From Bacteroidaceae bacterium (GTDB lineage: Bacteria > Bacteroidota > Bacteroidia > Bacteroidales > Bacteroidaceae), in NCBI GenBank assembly GCA_024401215.1, contig JAKSLL010000003.1, forward strand, positions 4,389-68,388: 64,000 nucleotides of DNA. The letters are read 5' to 3'. The stretch's first letter is position 1; the number at the start of each line of letters is the position of its first letter. Below are positions 47,344-56,565 of the stretch, piece by piece. Under the pieces are notes generated by a model. It did not search any database. It was not told the origin of the DNA and saw nothing but the letters and a program-made list of their open reading frames with translations. The translations under genes and the position numbers were made by a program.

Positions 47344-47378
47344 ATGCGTTAGTTAAATTAATAATACACTCGGAACAG

Positions 47379-48131
47379 ATGAAAATAATTATAACGGTCT
47401 TGTTGGTATTTGTATCTGTTGTGCAATGTTATGCACAGCAAGCGGTTGACGTCTACACTGCAGCAAGAGCAGGAAATGTTGAGGCACAAAAGGATCTTGG
47501 CCTCTTGAAAATTCAGGAAGGTAACTATCCTGAAGCTATGTCGTGGTTAAGAAAAGCAGCGGAAAAGGGAAATGCGGATGCACAATTTAACTTGGCTGTC
47601 ATGTATAGGGATGGAGAAGGCTGTCATGTAGATTATTCGCAAGCTTTGATTTGGTTTGAAAAAGCCGCAAATAATATACATCCTCGAGCCGATGCATATG
47701 GTGCAATTGGACAAATGTATCAGAATGGATTTGGTGTGGCACGAGATCTTTCTAAAGCAAAAATCTGTTATGAAAAAGGAGCGAATATGGGAAGCTCGTT
47801 TTCGATGCTTTGCTTGTTTAGGATATATAGAGATGTTGGGGATTTGGATAATGCTTTTGTGTGGGCAAAGAAAGCTGCAGATGCAGGAGATGAGGAAGCT
47901 GCCTTTAAGGTATATGTGTTTTTGAAAGACAAAGATTTGAAGACTGCTATGAAATATCTTAAGAAATCAGCAGATGGAGGAAATGCTATTGCAATGTTTT
48001 GGTATGGATACAGACAAATGTTTGGCGAAGGTGTAACAAGAAATGAAGATGCTGGATACGAATTAATTAGAAAAGCTGCCGTAATGGGCAGTGAAGATGC
48101 ATTGGATTTTTTGTCAAAGTATAAAAAATAG
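47379..48131 (+). CDS. exported Sel1-repeat protein
   Basis: Signal MKIIITVLLVFVSVVQCYAQ. Repeated A.KGNA.AQ..L..MY..G.GV..D...A..W..KAA units. Confidence 0.8.
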   Translation: MKIIITVLLVFVSVVQCYAQQAVDVYTAARAGNVEAQKDLGLLKIQEGNYPEAMSWLRKAAEKGNADAQFNLAVMYRDGEGCHVDYSQALIWFEKAANNIHPRADAYGAIGQMYQNGFGVARDLSKAKICYEKGANMGSSFSMLCLFRIYRDVGDLDNAFVWAKKAADAGDEEAAFKVYVFLKDKDLKTAMKYLKKSADGGNAIAMFWYGYRQMFGEGVTRNEDAGYELIRKAAVMGSEDALDFLSKYKK

Positions 48132-48139
48132 ACTTTTTA

Positions 48140-49810
48140 ATGAAACAATATATCGTAACATTTATAGTCCTTTTATCTCATTTGCTCTGTTTTGGGCAGT
48201 CATCAGATCCTATTATTAAAGGAATGGAGAGATCTGCATTAGAAGGAAATGTTTCTGCGCAACGTACTCTTGGAAACTGCTATTATTATGGAACAATGGG
48301 GTGCAGTAAAAACATGGATAAAGCAAAGCATTATTATCAGCTTGCTGCGAATCAAGGTGACACAGAAGCAGAATACATGCTCGCCAGAATATTAAGAACA
48401 ATAGGATTGAAGACACAAGATGAAGCCAAAATATATTTTGGACATCTTCAATCTGCTGCTGATAAAGGTTATGTTCCTGCGCAATATGGTGTAGGAATGG
48501 AATTATTGAATGCGAATATGCCTGAGGCATATAAATACCTTAAGCTTGCTGTTGATAATGGAAATAAAGATGCATTTTACCCTTTAGGGATATGTTACAT
48601 GGAGGGATTAGGATGTTCTGTAGATTACACAACTGCCATATTATACTTCAAGAAAGGTCAAGAGACTGTACCTGAAAATGTCTTTGTCATGGATATGGCT
48701 CAATGCTATGTGAAACTTAATGACGTTATAAACGCAAAACCTTATCTTGAAAAAGGAATCGCATTTGGAATACCTACTGCATATCAAGTTCTTGCAATAA
48801 TGTTAACAAATGGAGAAGGGGTAAATAAAGATTCGAAAGAGGCTCTTCGTCTCATAAATATTGCCATAAGCAAAGACCCAACAAATCCCGAATATAAAGA
48901 TACGAAGGGAAGTATACTGATGGATTTAAGTAGATTTGATGAAGCCCAAGAACTTTGGAACGAGCTTGTGCGTGAACATAAAGAATATGCTTATTCAAAA
49001 GAATGGGGATTTTGCTCTTATATGCGTAAGATTGCTGATGGAAACGTGGATATGGATATATTTCAAACAGAAGAGGAAAACGCAAATACCTACGTCATTA
49101 TAATAGCAAACGAAAACTATCGGCGTGAAGAAACCGTTCCATATGCACTGAATGACGGAAATATATTTAAACTGTATTGCCAAAAGACATTAGGCATTCC
49201 AGAAAAAAATATCAATTATCTACCTGATGCAACTTTCAACGATATAAGATACAGTATTAATTGGTTGGAGAAAATAACATCTGCAAGCAGTGATTCTAAA
49301 ATAATATTCTATTACGCAGGTCATGGAGTTCCCAACGATGATCTGTCAACGTCGTATCTATTACCAACAGATGGATATGGATCCGATGTGCAAACAGGTT
49401 ATGATTTAAAGGAACTATACAAAAAGCTTGAGAATGTAAGGGCCGATCAAATCATCGTTATTTTAGATGCATGTTTTAGTGGCGCAAAACGAGATGGTGG
49501 AATGTTGGTAAGTTCTCGTGGTGTGGCAATAAAAGCAAAGCAAAGTGAACCATTGCACAATATGGTGGTATTGTCTGCTGCTCAGAATAATGAAACAGCC
49601 TATCCGTATAAGAATCAGAAACATGGAATGTTTACATACTATATCTTAAAAAAATTACAAGAGAGTAAGGGTAATACCACGATTGGCGATTTGTTTAGTT
49701 ATGTTAACTCTCAGGTTTCCAAACAGTCCGTTCTCGAAAACGGAAAGTCACAAACTCCGACTTTAATGTCTGGGGCAGGTCTTGACTGGCATAAGTTAAA
49801 ATTAAAATAA
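48140..49810 (+). CDS. exported Sel1/TPR-repeat - caspase-like (C14-type) cysteine peptidase, paralogue 1
   Basis: Signal MKQYIVTFIVLLSHLLCFGQ. Sel1 repeats. C-terminal domain YVIIIANENYRREETVPYALNDG...IIFYYAGHGVPND...LLPTDGYG...IVILDACFSGAKRDG...VLSAAQNNETA (His and Cys dyad intact). Ends DWHKLKLK. Confidence 0.8.
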   Translation: MKQYIVTFIVLLSHLLCFGQSSDPIIKGMERSALEGNVSAQRTLGNCYYYGTMGCSKNMDKAKHYYQLAANQGDTEAEYMLARILRTIGLKTQDEAKIYFGHLQSAADKGYVPAQYGVGMELLNANMPEAYKYLKLAVDNGNKDAFYPLGICYMEGLGCSVDYTTAILYFKKGQETVPENVFVMDMAQCYVKLNDVINAKPYLEKGIAFGIPTAYQVLAIMLTNGEGVNKDSKEALRLINIAISKDPTNPEYKDTKGSILMDLSRFDEAQELWNELVREHKEYAYSKEWGFCSYMRKIADGNVDMDIFQTEEENANTYVIIIANENYRREETVPYALNDGNIFKLYCQKTLGIPEKNINYLPDATFNDIRYSINWLEKITSASSDSKIIFYYAGHGVPNDDLSTSYLLPTDGYGSDVQTGYDLKELYKKLENVRADQIIVILDACFSGAKRDGGMLVSSRGVAIKAKQSEPLHNMVVLSAAQNNETAYPYKNQKHGMFTYYILKKLQESKGNTTIGDLFSYVNSQVSKQSVLENGKSQTPTLMSGAGLDWHKLKLK

Positions 49811-49827
49811 GATTTTTAATAGTAACT

Positions 49828-50697
49828 ATGAGATTTTATATATTAATAATATGCCTGTTTGTATGGTGTACGATAGTTAAAGCTCAGCAAACAAAGAGGG
49901 TAGAGAATACGTATGTTTATAGAGCGTCGGAAGACATATCGATAGAGCATGCAAAAAGAATTGCTTTAGAAAGAGCTCAAGTGGAAATAATAGCAAATAC
50001 CTTTGGCACGAACATTTTGCAGCAGAACTCAACTCGTGTCAGCAATAGTAATGGCAAAAGCAATGTTGATTTCCTCAGCATCTCGTCAAGTGATGTCAAA
50101 GGAGAATGGATAGAAACCATTGGTGAACCGCAATACATAATAAACTATGAACAGGGGATGCTTATTGTCACTTGCAAAGTGAAAGGTACTATTCGTGAGA
50201 TTACCACTGCTGCTATTGACCTAAAAGCAAAGGTGTTGCGCAATGGAACAGAGGACCGTTTTGAATCTTCTGAGTTCCGTTCTGGTGATGATCTGTACCT
50301 ATCCTTCCAAAGTCCTGTTGATGGCTATCTTGCAGTCTATTTGCTTGACGAAGAAGGCAATGCTTTCTGTCTGTTGCCTTATCGAAATCAGTCAGATGGT
50401 ATTTATAAGATACATGCGAATACCCCTTATATCTTTTTCTCCGTGAAGGATGCACCTCTGCAAGAGCGTAGCCTTATAGATGAGTATGTGATGACTTGCG
50501 AAAAAGCACAGGAAGTAAATTATGTATATACAATCTTCTCTCCAAATCCCTTTATCAAATCTATTGACAAAGATAATGGTGAAGCTTTACCAAGAGAAAC
50601 AGATGGCGAGTCATTTCAGAAATGGCTGGCTAAGGTTAGGAGAAAGGATAATAGTGTGAATTTCAGTTCTAAACAAATAACAATAACAAAAGAATAA
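49828..50697 (+). CDS. exported DUF4384-like protein
   Basis: Signal MRFYILIICLFVWCTIVKAQ. The C-terminal half FRSGDDLYLSFQSPVDGYLAVYLLDEEGNAFCLLPY fits the DUF4384 pattern as recalled. Confidence 0.6.
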   Translation: MRFYILIICLFVWCTIVKAQQTKRVENTYVYRASEDISIEHAKRIALERAQVEIIANTFGTNILQQNSTRVSNSNGKSNVDFLSISSSDVKGEWIETIGEPQYIINYEQGMLIVTCKVKGTIREITTAAIDLKAKVLRNGTEDRFESSEFRSGDDLYLSFQSPVDGYLAVYLLDEEGNAFCLLPYRNQSDGIYKIHANTPYIFFSVKDAPLQERSLIDEYVMTCEKAQEVNYVYTIFSPNPFIKSIDKDNGEALPRETDGESFQKWLAKVRRKDNSVNFSSKQITITKE

Positions 50698-50701
50698 CAT
50701 T

Positions 50702-51613
50702 ATGAAATTAAACAAAATACTTATAGTCATTTTTTCATTGCTTACTTCGTTTGTATCGTATGCCCAGATGATGGAACTCACTCCTGCACAGCAGCCTGGA
50801 CAAGCAGAAATAAACAAAGCAATGGAATACTATGAGAAGCATGATATGAAACAGGCTATATACTGGTTTGAGCAAGCTGCACAAAAAGGTAACAAGGATG
50901 CCCAAACAATGGTAGCTGGAGCTTATCTTGATGGTATGCCTGGTGTTGAAGTGAATCCTCAAAAAGCTGCCTATTGGTGTGAGAAGTCAGCAAACAATGG
51001 AGATCCAATAGGACAATTGTTGTATGGTTATTGCTTTGCTAGAGGAGAAGGAAAGCCACACGATATGCAACAGGCAATTTCTTGGTGGAAGAAATCTGCA
51101 GCACAGAATTATGTTCATGCTCAATGGAATTTATGTATATGTTATACTTCAGGGGATGGAGTGTCTGCAGATGCTACGCAAGCAGCAATTTGGGCTCGAA
51201 AAGCAGCTGAAAACGGACATGCACAAGCTCAATATCAGTTAGCTTACTATTACGCCCATGGAGAAGGTGTTGCAAGAAACTATTCCCTCGCAGTTCAATG
51301 GTATCAAAGATCAGCGAATCAGGGATATGATTGGGCATACAATAATTTAGCATATTTGTATGCTGACGGACAGGGCGTTGCAAAGGATTTTAGAAAAGCA
51401 CATGAAATGGTAGATATGGCAATTTCAATAAGTCCAAACGAGCCAAGTTTTCTTGATTCAAAAGGCGAATTGTACCTAAAGGAGGGTAATATGAATAAAG
51501 CAACTGAGATTTGGAACCTTCTAAAAAGTCGTTTCCCAGAGAAAGTGCGCCAGTCTGTAAACGATCCAAATGATATATTTTGTGCAACAATGTTAAAACG
51601 TGAAAAAAGGTAA
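50702..51613 (+). CDS. exported Sel1/TPR-repeat protein (caspase-less sensor-arm paralogue)
   Basis: Signal MKLNKILIVIFSLLTSFVSYAQ. Six or so Sel1 units plus a TPR-like tail colinear with the N-terminal arms of the Sel1-caspase proteins. The stop falls where the protease domain would begin. Confidence 0.8.
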   Translation: MKLNKILIVIFSLLTSFVSYAQMMELTPAQQPGQAEINKAMEYYEKHDMKQAIYWFEQAAQKGNKDAQTMVAGAYLDGMPGVEVNPQKAAYWCEKSANNGDPIGQLLYGYCFARGEGKPHDMQQAISWWKKSAAQNYVHAQWNLCICYTSGDGVSADATQAAIWARKAAENGHAQAQYQLAYYYAHGEGVARNYSLAVQWYQRSANQGYDWAYNNLAYLYADGQGVAKDFRKAHEMVDMAISISPNEPSFLDSKGELYLKEGNMNKATEIWNLLKSRFPEKVRQSVNDPNDIFCATMLKREKR

Positions 51614-51616
51614 GTT

Positions 51617-52363
51617 ATGAGAAAGATATTATTTTTATTATTGGTATTAGCCAATAGTTTAGTTTCATTTGCACAAACTGGAGAACAGTTTGGAAGAATG
51701 GCAAGAGAAGCTGAGAAAAAGGGTAATATATCACAAGCTATAACTTACTACGAAAAGGCAATAAATGCAGGAGAACGCAAGATTGCTCCAAACAACCTTG
51801 CTTGTATATATATAGAAGGGAAAGGTGTGACTACGGATTATAAGAAAGCAGCATATTACTATAAGATGGCTGCAGAAAATGGTCACGATGATGCACAGTG
51901 CATGTTAGCTACTCTATATCATAATGGACTTGGAGTACAGCCAAACGACACCGAGGCTTTAAAGTGGTACACAAAATCTGCGCAACAAGGTAATAGCGAA
52001 GGACAATATTGTTTAGGTATGGCTTATTACAATGGGGAGGGAACTGCTTCAAATCATTCTCAATCCGTACAGTGGTGGTTGAAAGCAGCGAAACAGGGGC
52101 ATCCAAATGCTCAAAACAATCTAGCTCAGTGTTATCTTAATGGAGATGGCGTCTCTCAAAATGTATCAGAAGGATTAAAGTGGACGCGTGAAGCAGCAAA
52201 CAATGGAAATAAAGATGCACAATGCGCTTTAGGAAGTTATTATGAGTATGGGGTGCCAGGAATACAGAAAGATGTTAATCAGGCTATCTTTTGGTATAAG
52301 AAAGCTGCTGCACAAGGAGTTACATATGCCCAAATCCATCTTGCACAATTAGGCATCGAATAG
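51617..52363 (+). CDS. exported Sel1-repeat protein
   Basis: Signal MRKILFLLLVLANSLVSFAQ. Regular Sel1 units (AAENGHDDAQCMLATLYHNGLGVQPNDTEALKWYTKSAQQGNSEGQ...). Confidence 0.8.
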   Translation: MRKILFLLLVLANSLVSFAQTGEQFGRMAREAEKKGNISQAITYYEKAINAGERKIAPNNLACIYIEGKGVTTDYKKAAYYYKMAAENGHDDAQCMLATLYHNGLGVQPNDTEALKWYTKSAQQGNSEGQYCLGMAYYNGEGTASNHSQSVQWWLKAAKQGHPNAQNNLAQCYLNGDGVSQNVSEGLKWTREAANNGNKDAQCALGSYYEYGVPGIQKDVNQAIFWYKKAAAQGVTYAQIHLAQLGIE

Positions 52364-52369
52364 CATTAT

Positions 52370-53923
52370 ATGAAAAGAATATTAAGTACAATCGTTATTG
52401 CATTATTTACCTTATGCGCAAATGCCCAATTATCTCAGGTTATTTTAAGCGCAGAAAAGGGAGATATTGATGCACAGAAATTCCTAGCGCGTAGTTATTC
52501 CCAAGGAATAAATGGTGTTAGGAAAAATGACGTACAAGCTTTTATTTGGACAAAAGCTGTTGCTGAACAAGGAGATGGAGAATATGAATATATTCTTTCA
52601 CAACTGTATTGGAATGGTATAGGTACGTCAAAAGACAGTAACGCCATGATGGAATGGATGGAAAGATCTGCAAATCATGGATATGCTCCCGCAATGGAGA
52701 ATCTTGGATATCTAAACTTTATGGGTGGTCATTATGAAAAGGCTATTCCTTTATTGAAGGGTGCTTTAGAGAAAGGTGACGTAGCTGCTAATTATATGTT
52801 AGGTAAAGCCTATTTAAATGGGAATGGTGTCGAACAAAATTACACTAAAGCTTTTCAGCACTTAAATGCAGCTGTACAAGCTGAAATTGTTCCTGCCTAT
52901 AAGGAATTAGCTTATTGCTACGCTTATGGTCATGGGGTAAGACAGAACTTCAAGGAAGCTCATAGACTAATAGATTCTGCGCATGATAAACAGCCAAACA
53001 ATCTAGAGTTCTATGATGATAAGGGAACATTTTACCTCATGGAGGGTAAGTTTGATATGGCAAAAAAAATATGGGAAAAACTATTAAATAAAGATAGCCT
53101 TTACCCGGAAATGTATCATACAATGTTTACTGCTGCTATGACAAATAGCATTGACTATAATATCCCAGTTGCATCAAAATCAAATGACAAGACTGTTGTA
53201 CTTATCATAGCCAATGAACACTATAGAAGGGTTTCTCCTGTTGTCTATGCAAATAGTGACGGACAGACCATGTACAAATATTGCACTTCTGCATTGGGTA
53301 TACCTGAACGAAATATCATCTATGTCGAAGATGCGACATTGGCTGACATGAAGTATAATGTTGAGTCTATTAAGCAAAGAATCGGCGGGTTTAATGGAGA
53401 TTGCAATGTTATATGCTATTATGCTGGACATGGAATCCCTGATCAAAACGCAAAAACTGCGTTTCTGCTTCCAGTAGACAGCTATGGCACAGATACCTCT
53501 ACTGGATATCCTTTAGAAGACTTTTACAAGTCACTGAGTGAATTACCAGCAAAGTCCGTCACCGTATTACTTGATGCTTGTTTTAGTGGTGCGAAAAGAG
53601 AAGGCGATATGTTGGTAGCTGCTCGTGGAGTTGCTATAAAAGTGAAAGATACAACACCTAAAGGAAATTTGATTGTATTATCAGCAGCACAAGGAGATGA
53701 AACCGCATATCCTTTTGAAAATCAAAAACACGGTTTGTTTACATACTATCTTCTCCGCAAACTGCAAGAGACAAAAGGAGAAGCTACTATAGGCGAGATA
53801 GCAGAGTATGTGAAATCTGAAGTGTCCACAAAATCATTAGAGTTGAAAGGAAAACCCCAAACTCCAAACATAGCAGTTTCACCTGCTATGGAATATATGT
53901 GGAAGAATATGAAGTTGAAATAA
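52370..53923 (+). CDS. exported Sel1/TPR-repeat - caspase-like cysteine peptidase, paralogue 2
   Basis: Signal MKRILSTIVIALFTLCANAQ. VVLIIANEHYRR...NSDG...VICYYAGHGIPDQ...LLPVDSYG...VLLDACFSGAKREG...LSAAQGDETA. Ends YMWKNMKLK. Confidence 0.8.
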   Translation: MKRILSTIVIALFTLCANAQLSQVILSAEKGDIDAQKFLARSYSQGINGVRKNDVQAFIWTKAVAEQGDGEYEYILSQLYWNGIGTSKDSNAMMEWMERSANHGYAPAMENLGYLNFMGGHYEKAIPLLKGALEKGDVAANYMLGKAYLNGNGVEQNYTKAFQHLNAAVQAEIVPAYKELAYCYAYGHGVRQNFKEAHRLIDSAHDKQPNNLEFYDDKGTFYLMEGKFDMAKKIWEKLLNKDSLYPEMYHTMFTAAMTNSIDYNIPVASKSNDKTVVLIIANEHYRRVSPVVYANSDGQTMYKYCTSALGIPERNIIYVEDATLADMKYNVESIKQRIGGFNGDCNVICYYAGHGIPDQNAKTAFLLPVDSYGTDTSTGYPLEDFYKSLSELPAKSVTVLLDACFSGAKREGDMLVAARGVAIKVKDTTPKGNLIVLSAAQGDETAYPFENQKHGLFTYYLLRKLQETKGEATIGEIAEYVKSEVSTKSLELKGKPQTPNIAVSPAMEYMWKNMKLK

Positions 53924-53955
53924 AGATATGCAATCGTATAGAATAAGAAAGTTTC

Positions 53956-54100
53956 TTTCATCAAATCAAATGACAAAGACAATGGTGATGCTTTGCCAAG
54001 AGAAACCGATGGCGAGTCATTTCTAAAATGGCTGGCAAAGGTTAGGAGAAAAGATAATAGTGTGAATGTCAGTTCTAAACAAATAATAATAAACAAATAA
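53956..54100 (+). pseudogene. 3'-terminal remnant of a second DUF4384-like gene
   Basis: Aligns by eye with 50550..50697, with most positions identical. It reads FIKSNDKDNGDALPRETDGESFLKWLAKVRRKDNSVNVSSKQIIINK* versus FIKSIDKDNGEALPRETDGESFQKWLAKVRRKDNSVNFSSKQITITKE*. An in-frame TAG lies just upstream and there is no start. Confidence 0.8.
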
Positions 54101-54110
54101 CAAAAAGGTA

Positions 54111-54755
54111 GTGGTAAATTATCAGATCGCAACAAGGTCAATAGTAGGAAAGACTTATTTGAAAGTATTTCTTGCAAATACCGCAAACATCAAGTTGATA
54201 CAGTCGATATTGAAGAGATTGGATTCTGTCAGTGTCGTCAATGTCACGGATTCAAAGAATGGCAAGAACCTGACGGTGTACAAGGAACATGGGCATGCTA
54301 TCGCCAATGTAAGATCAGAAGTCAAAGAGGCATTGGATGATTTCTTCAAGGGAATATCGAAAGGTAATTATTCTGTGTACAACAAAACGCTCTTCAGCAG
54401 ATTGAATGCAGACCATCCTGATGTTGGAGCATTGGTTATGTCGGGTTTTAAGCATGCTAATAATGAAGCAGAATACAGACATGCCTTGGATGATTTCCGT
54501 CTTGCTATAGAACTTCTACTGAAAAAGATTCTTGGTAATGAAAAATCTTTAGAGAATCAGAGGGAGTTTTTGCTTCCATATATGGCAGAGAAAGGAATTT
54601 CTGTTGAAATTAGGAACGTTTTTTTCAAACTTCTGGATACATTCTGTAAATATCAGAATACTAATGTAAAGCACGGAAATAGTGTAAATAACATGGACTT
54701 AGGCATAATGATAGATTACTCGGTGTTCTTTATCAAAACATTGTTGTCGTTTTGA
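54111..54755 (+). CDS. hypothetical cytoplasmic protein, C-terminal HEPN/DUF4145-like helical domain (tentative)
   Basis: No signal peptide. GTG start in the track, and the first in-frame ATG is far downstream. The C-terminal half ALDDFRLAIELLLKKILGNEKSLENQREFLLPYMAEKGISVEIRNVFFKLLDTFCKYQNTNVKHGNSV... has the helix layout of DUF4145/HEPN domains, with a degenerate R-x4-6-H (QNTNVKH). Confidence 0.4.
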   Translation: MVNYQIATRSIVGKTYLKVFLANTANIKLIQSILKRLDSVSVVNVTDSKNGKNLTVYKEHGHAIANVRSEVKEALDDFFKGISKGNYSVYNKTLFSRLNADHPDVGALVMSGFKHANNEAEYRHALDDFRLAIELLLKKILGNEKSLENQREFLLPYMAEKGISVEIRNVFFKLLDTFCKYQNTNVKHGNSVNNMDLGIMIDYSVFFIKTLLSF

Positions 54756-54797
54756 AATTACATAAACACTATTGCTAATAATTAATATGCATACAAT

Positions 54798-56555
54798 ATG
54801 AAACGTTATATTCTTCTCTTCTTAATTACTTTCATGGCTCTTAATTCATTTGGACAATCGTCAACAGATGCTTTTTACAGGAAAGGTATGGCTTATTACA
54901 ATTGTCAAGAATACGATAAAGCGTTTACGTTTTTTGAAAAAGCAGCAAGCATGGGTCATGCAGATGGGATGATGATGTTAGGCTATTGTTATCGTGAAGG
55001 AATTGGTACCCCACAAGACAACTCACAAGCATTTCTGTGGATAAGAAAGGCAGCAGAAAAAGATAACGCTCCTGCTTGTGCTTTATTAGGTGACTGTTAT
55101 ACTTTTGGTGATGGTGTTCAGGTAAATCCTACTCAAGCTTACATTTGGTATAAAAAAGCAGCAGAGAAAGGACATGCTAATGCTTGCTTCCAATTGGCAC
55201 AATGTTACCATGAAGGGTATGGGGTCTCAAAAGATTATAGCCAAGCGTTTCTATGGATAAAAAAAGCGGCTGAAAAAGACGTAATCCCAGCATATTCTAT
55301 GTTAGCCACATGCTATGGTAAAGGAGAAGGTGTCGCTAGAAATTATTCGCAAGCTTTTTATTGGTACCAAAAGGGAACAGAACAAGGAGATGTCTTGTCT
55401 TATGTTATGGTGGCAAAACTTTATTTTTTAGGATTAGGCGTGGAGCAAAATTATTCAAAGGCTATATTTTGGTTGAATAAGGCTGCAGAACAGGATAATG
55501 TCACGGCTTTAAATGAGTTAGCCTTAATGTATGCTAAAGGTCAAGGTGTCTCGCGTGATTATACAAAAGCATATAGTTTGATAGACCGAGCCATCGCAAA
55601 GGCCACAAAAGATGGAAAGTTTTTTTATTTAGATACAAAAGGAGAAATAGCATTGATGGCTGGTGATCAAAAACTTGCGCAAGATATTTGGAAAGAATTT
55701 AAAAGTGAGTATCCTGATAAGGTAAACGAATTCTCTAGCAGAGATGAAAATGTTTTTGTAAAAACAATGCTTAAGGGACTCGACGATATTGACAATATGA
55801 TTCCAATTACGAACATAGAGTCACCCAACACTTTTGCATTTATCATCGCTAATGAAGCGTATAAGCGCATTTCTCAAGTTCCATACGCAAAGAACGATGG
55901 CGAGATCTTTGCAGAGTACTGCAAGAAGACCTTAGGGCTGCCAGATAATAATGTTAAAATCTGGACTGACGCAACACTGGGTGATATGCAATATGCTATT
56001 TCCAAAATTAAACAGATTGCTGATGCGTATGAGAAAGATGCTAACATAATCTTATATTATGCAGGTCATGGCATACCATCTGATGACCAACAGAATTCTT
56101 ACTTGCTCCCTGTAGATGGATATGGTGCGGCAGAATCAAGTATATCTTTGCATAATCTCTATAAGACATTAGGGGAATTGGATGTGAAATCTGTGTTCGT
56201 TATCCTTGATGCTTGTTTCAGTGGCGCTCAACGTAACGGTGAAATGTTTGCTTCGACACGAGGGGTTGCAATCAAACCAAAACAAGAATCCACAGAGGGC
56301 AAGTTGATTGTATTGTCTGCAGCACAAGGTGATGAAACAGCAATGCCATACAACGATAAGGAGCATGGATTGTTCTCATATTTCCTTTTGAAGAAGCTAC
56401 AGGAAAGCAAAGGTGACTGCACTATTGGTGAATTGGCAGACTACGTCACAACGAATGTTAAAAGAACATCTATAACTATTGGTGACAAGATGCAAACCCC
56501 AAAGGTTTCTGCATCTTCCACGATGGGAGATTGGAGAAATATAAAACTGAAATAG
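54798..56555 (+). CDS. exported Sel1/TPR-repeat - caspase-like cysteine peptidase, paralogue 3
   Basis: Signal MKRYILLFLITFMALNSFGQ. About 7 Sel1 units. FAFIIANEAYKR...KNDG...IILYYAGHGIPSDD...LLPVDGYG...VILDACFSGAQRNG...LSAAQGDETA. Ends GDWRNIKLK. Confidence 0.8.
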   Translation: MKRYILLFLITFMALNSFGQSSTDAFYRKGMAYYNCQEYDKAFTFFEKAASMGHADGMMMLGYCYREGIGTPQDNSQAFLWIRKAAEKDNAPACALLGDCYTFGDGVQVNPTQAYIWYKKAAEKGHANACFQLAQCYHEGYGVSKDYSQAFLWIKKAAEKDVIPAYSMLATCYGKGEGVARNYSQAFYWYQKGTEQGDVLSYVMVAKLYFLGLGVEQNYSKAIFWLNKAAEQDNVTALNELALMYAKGQGVSRDYTKAYSLIDRAIAKATKDGKFFYLDTKGEIALMAGDQKLAQDIWKEFKSEYPDKVNEFSSRDENVFVKTMLKGLDDIDNMIPITNIESPNTFAFIIANEAYKRISQVPYAKNDGEIFAEYCKKTLGLPDNNVKIWTDATLGDMQYAISKIKQIADAYEKDANIILYYAGHGIPSDDQQNSYLLPVDGYGAAESSISLHNLYKTLGELDVKSVFVILDACFSGAQRNGEMFASTRGVAIKPKQESTEGKLIVLSAAQGDETAMPYNDKEHGLFSYFLLKKLQESKGDCTIGELADYVTTNVKRTSITIGDKMQTPKVSASSTMGDWRNIKLK

Positions 56556-56565
56556 TAATATTACA

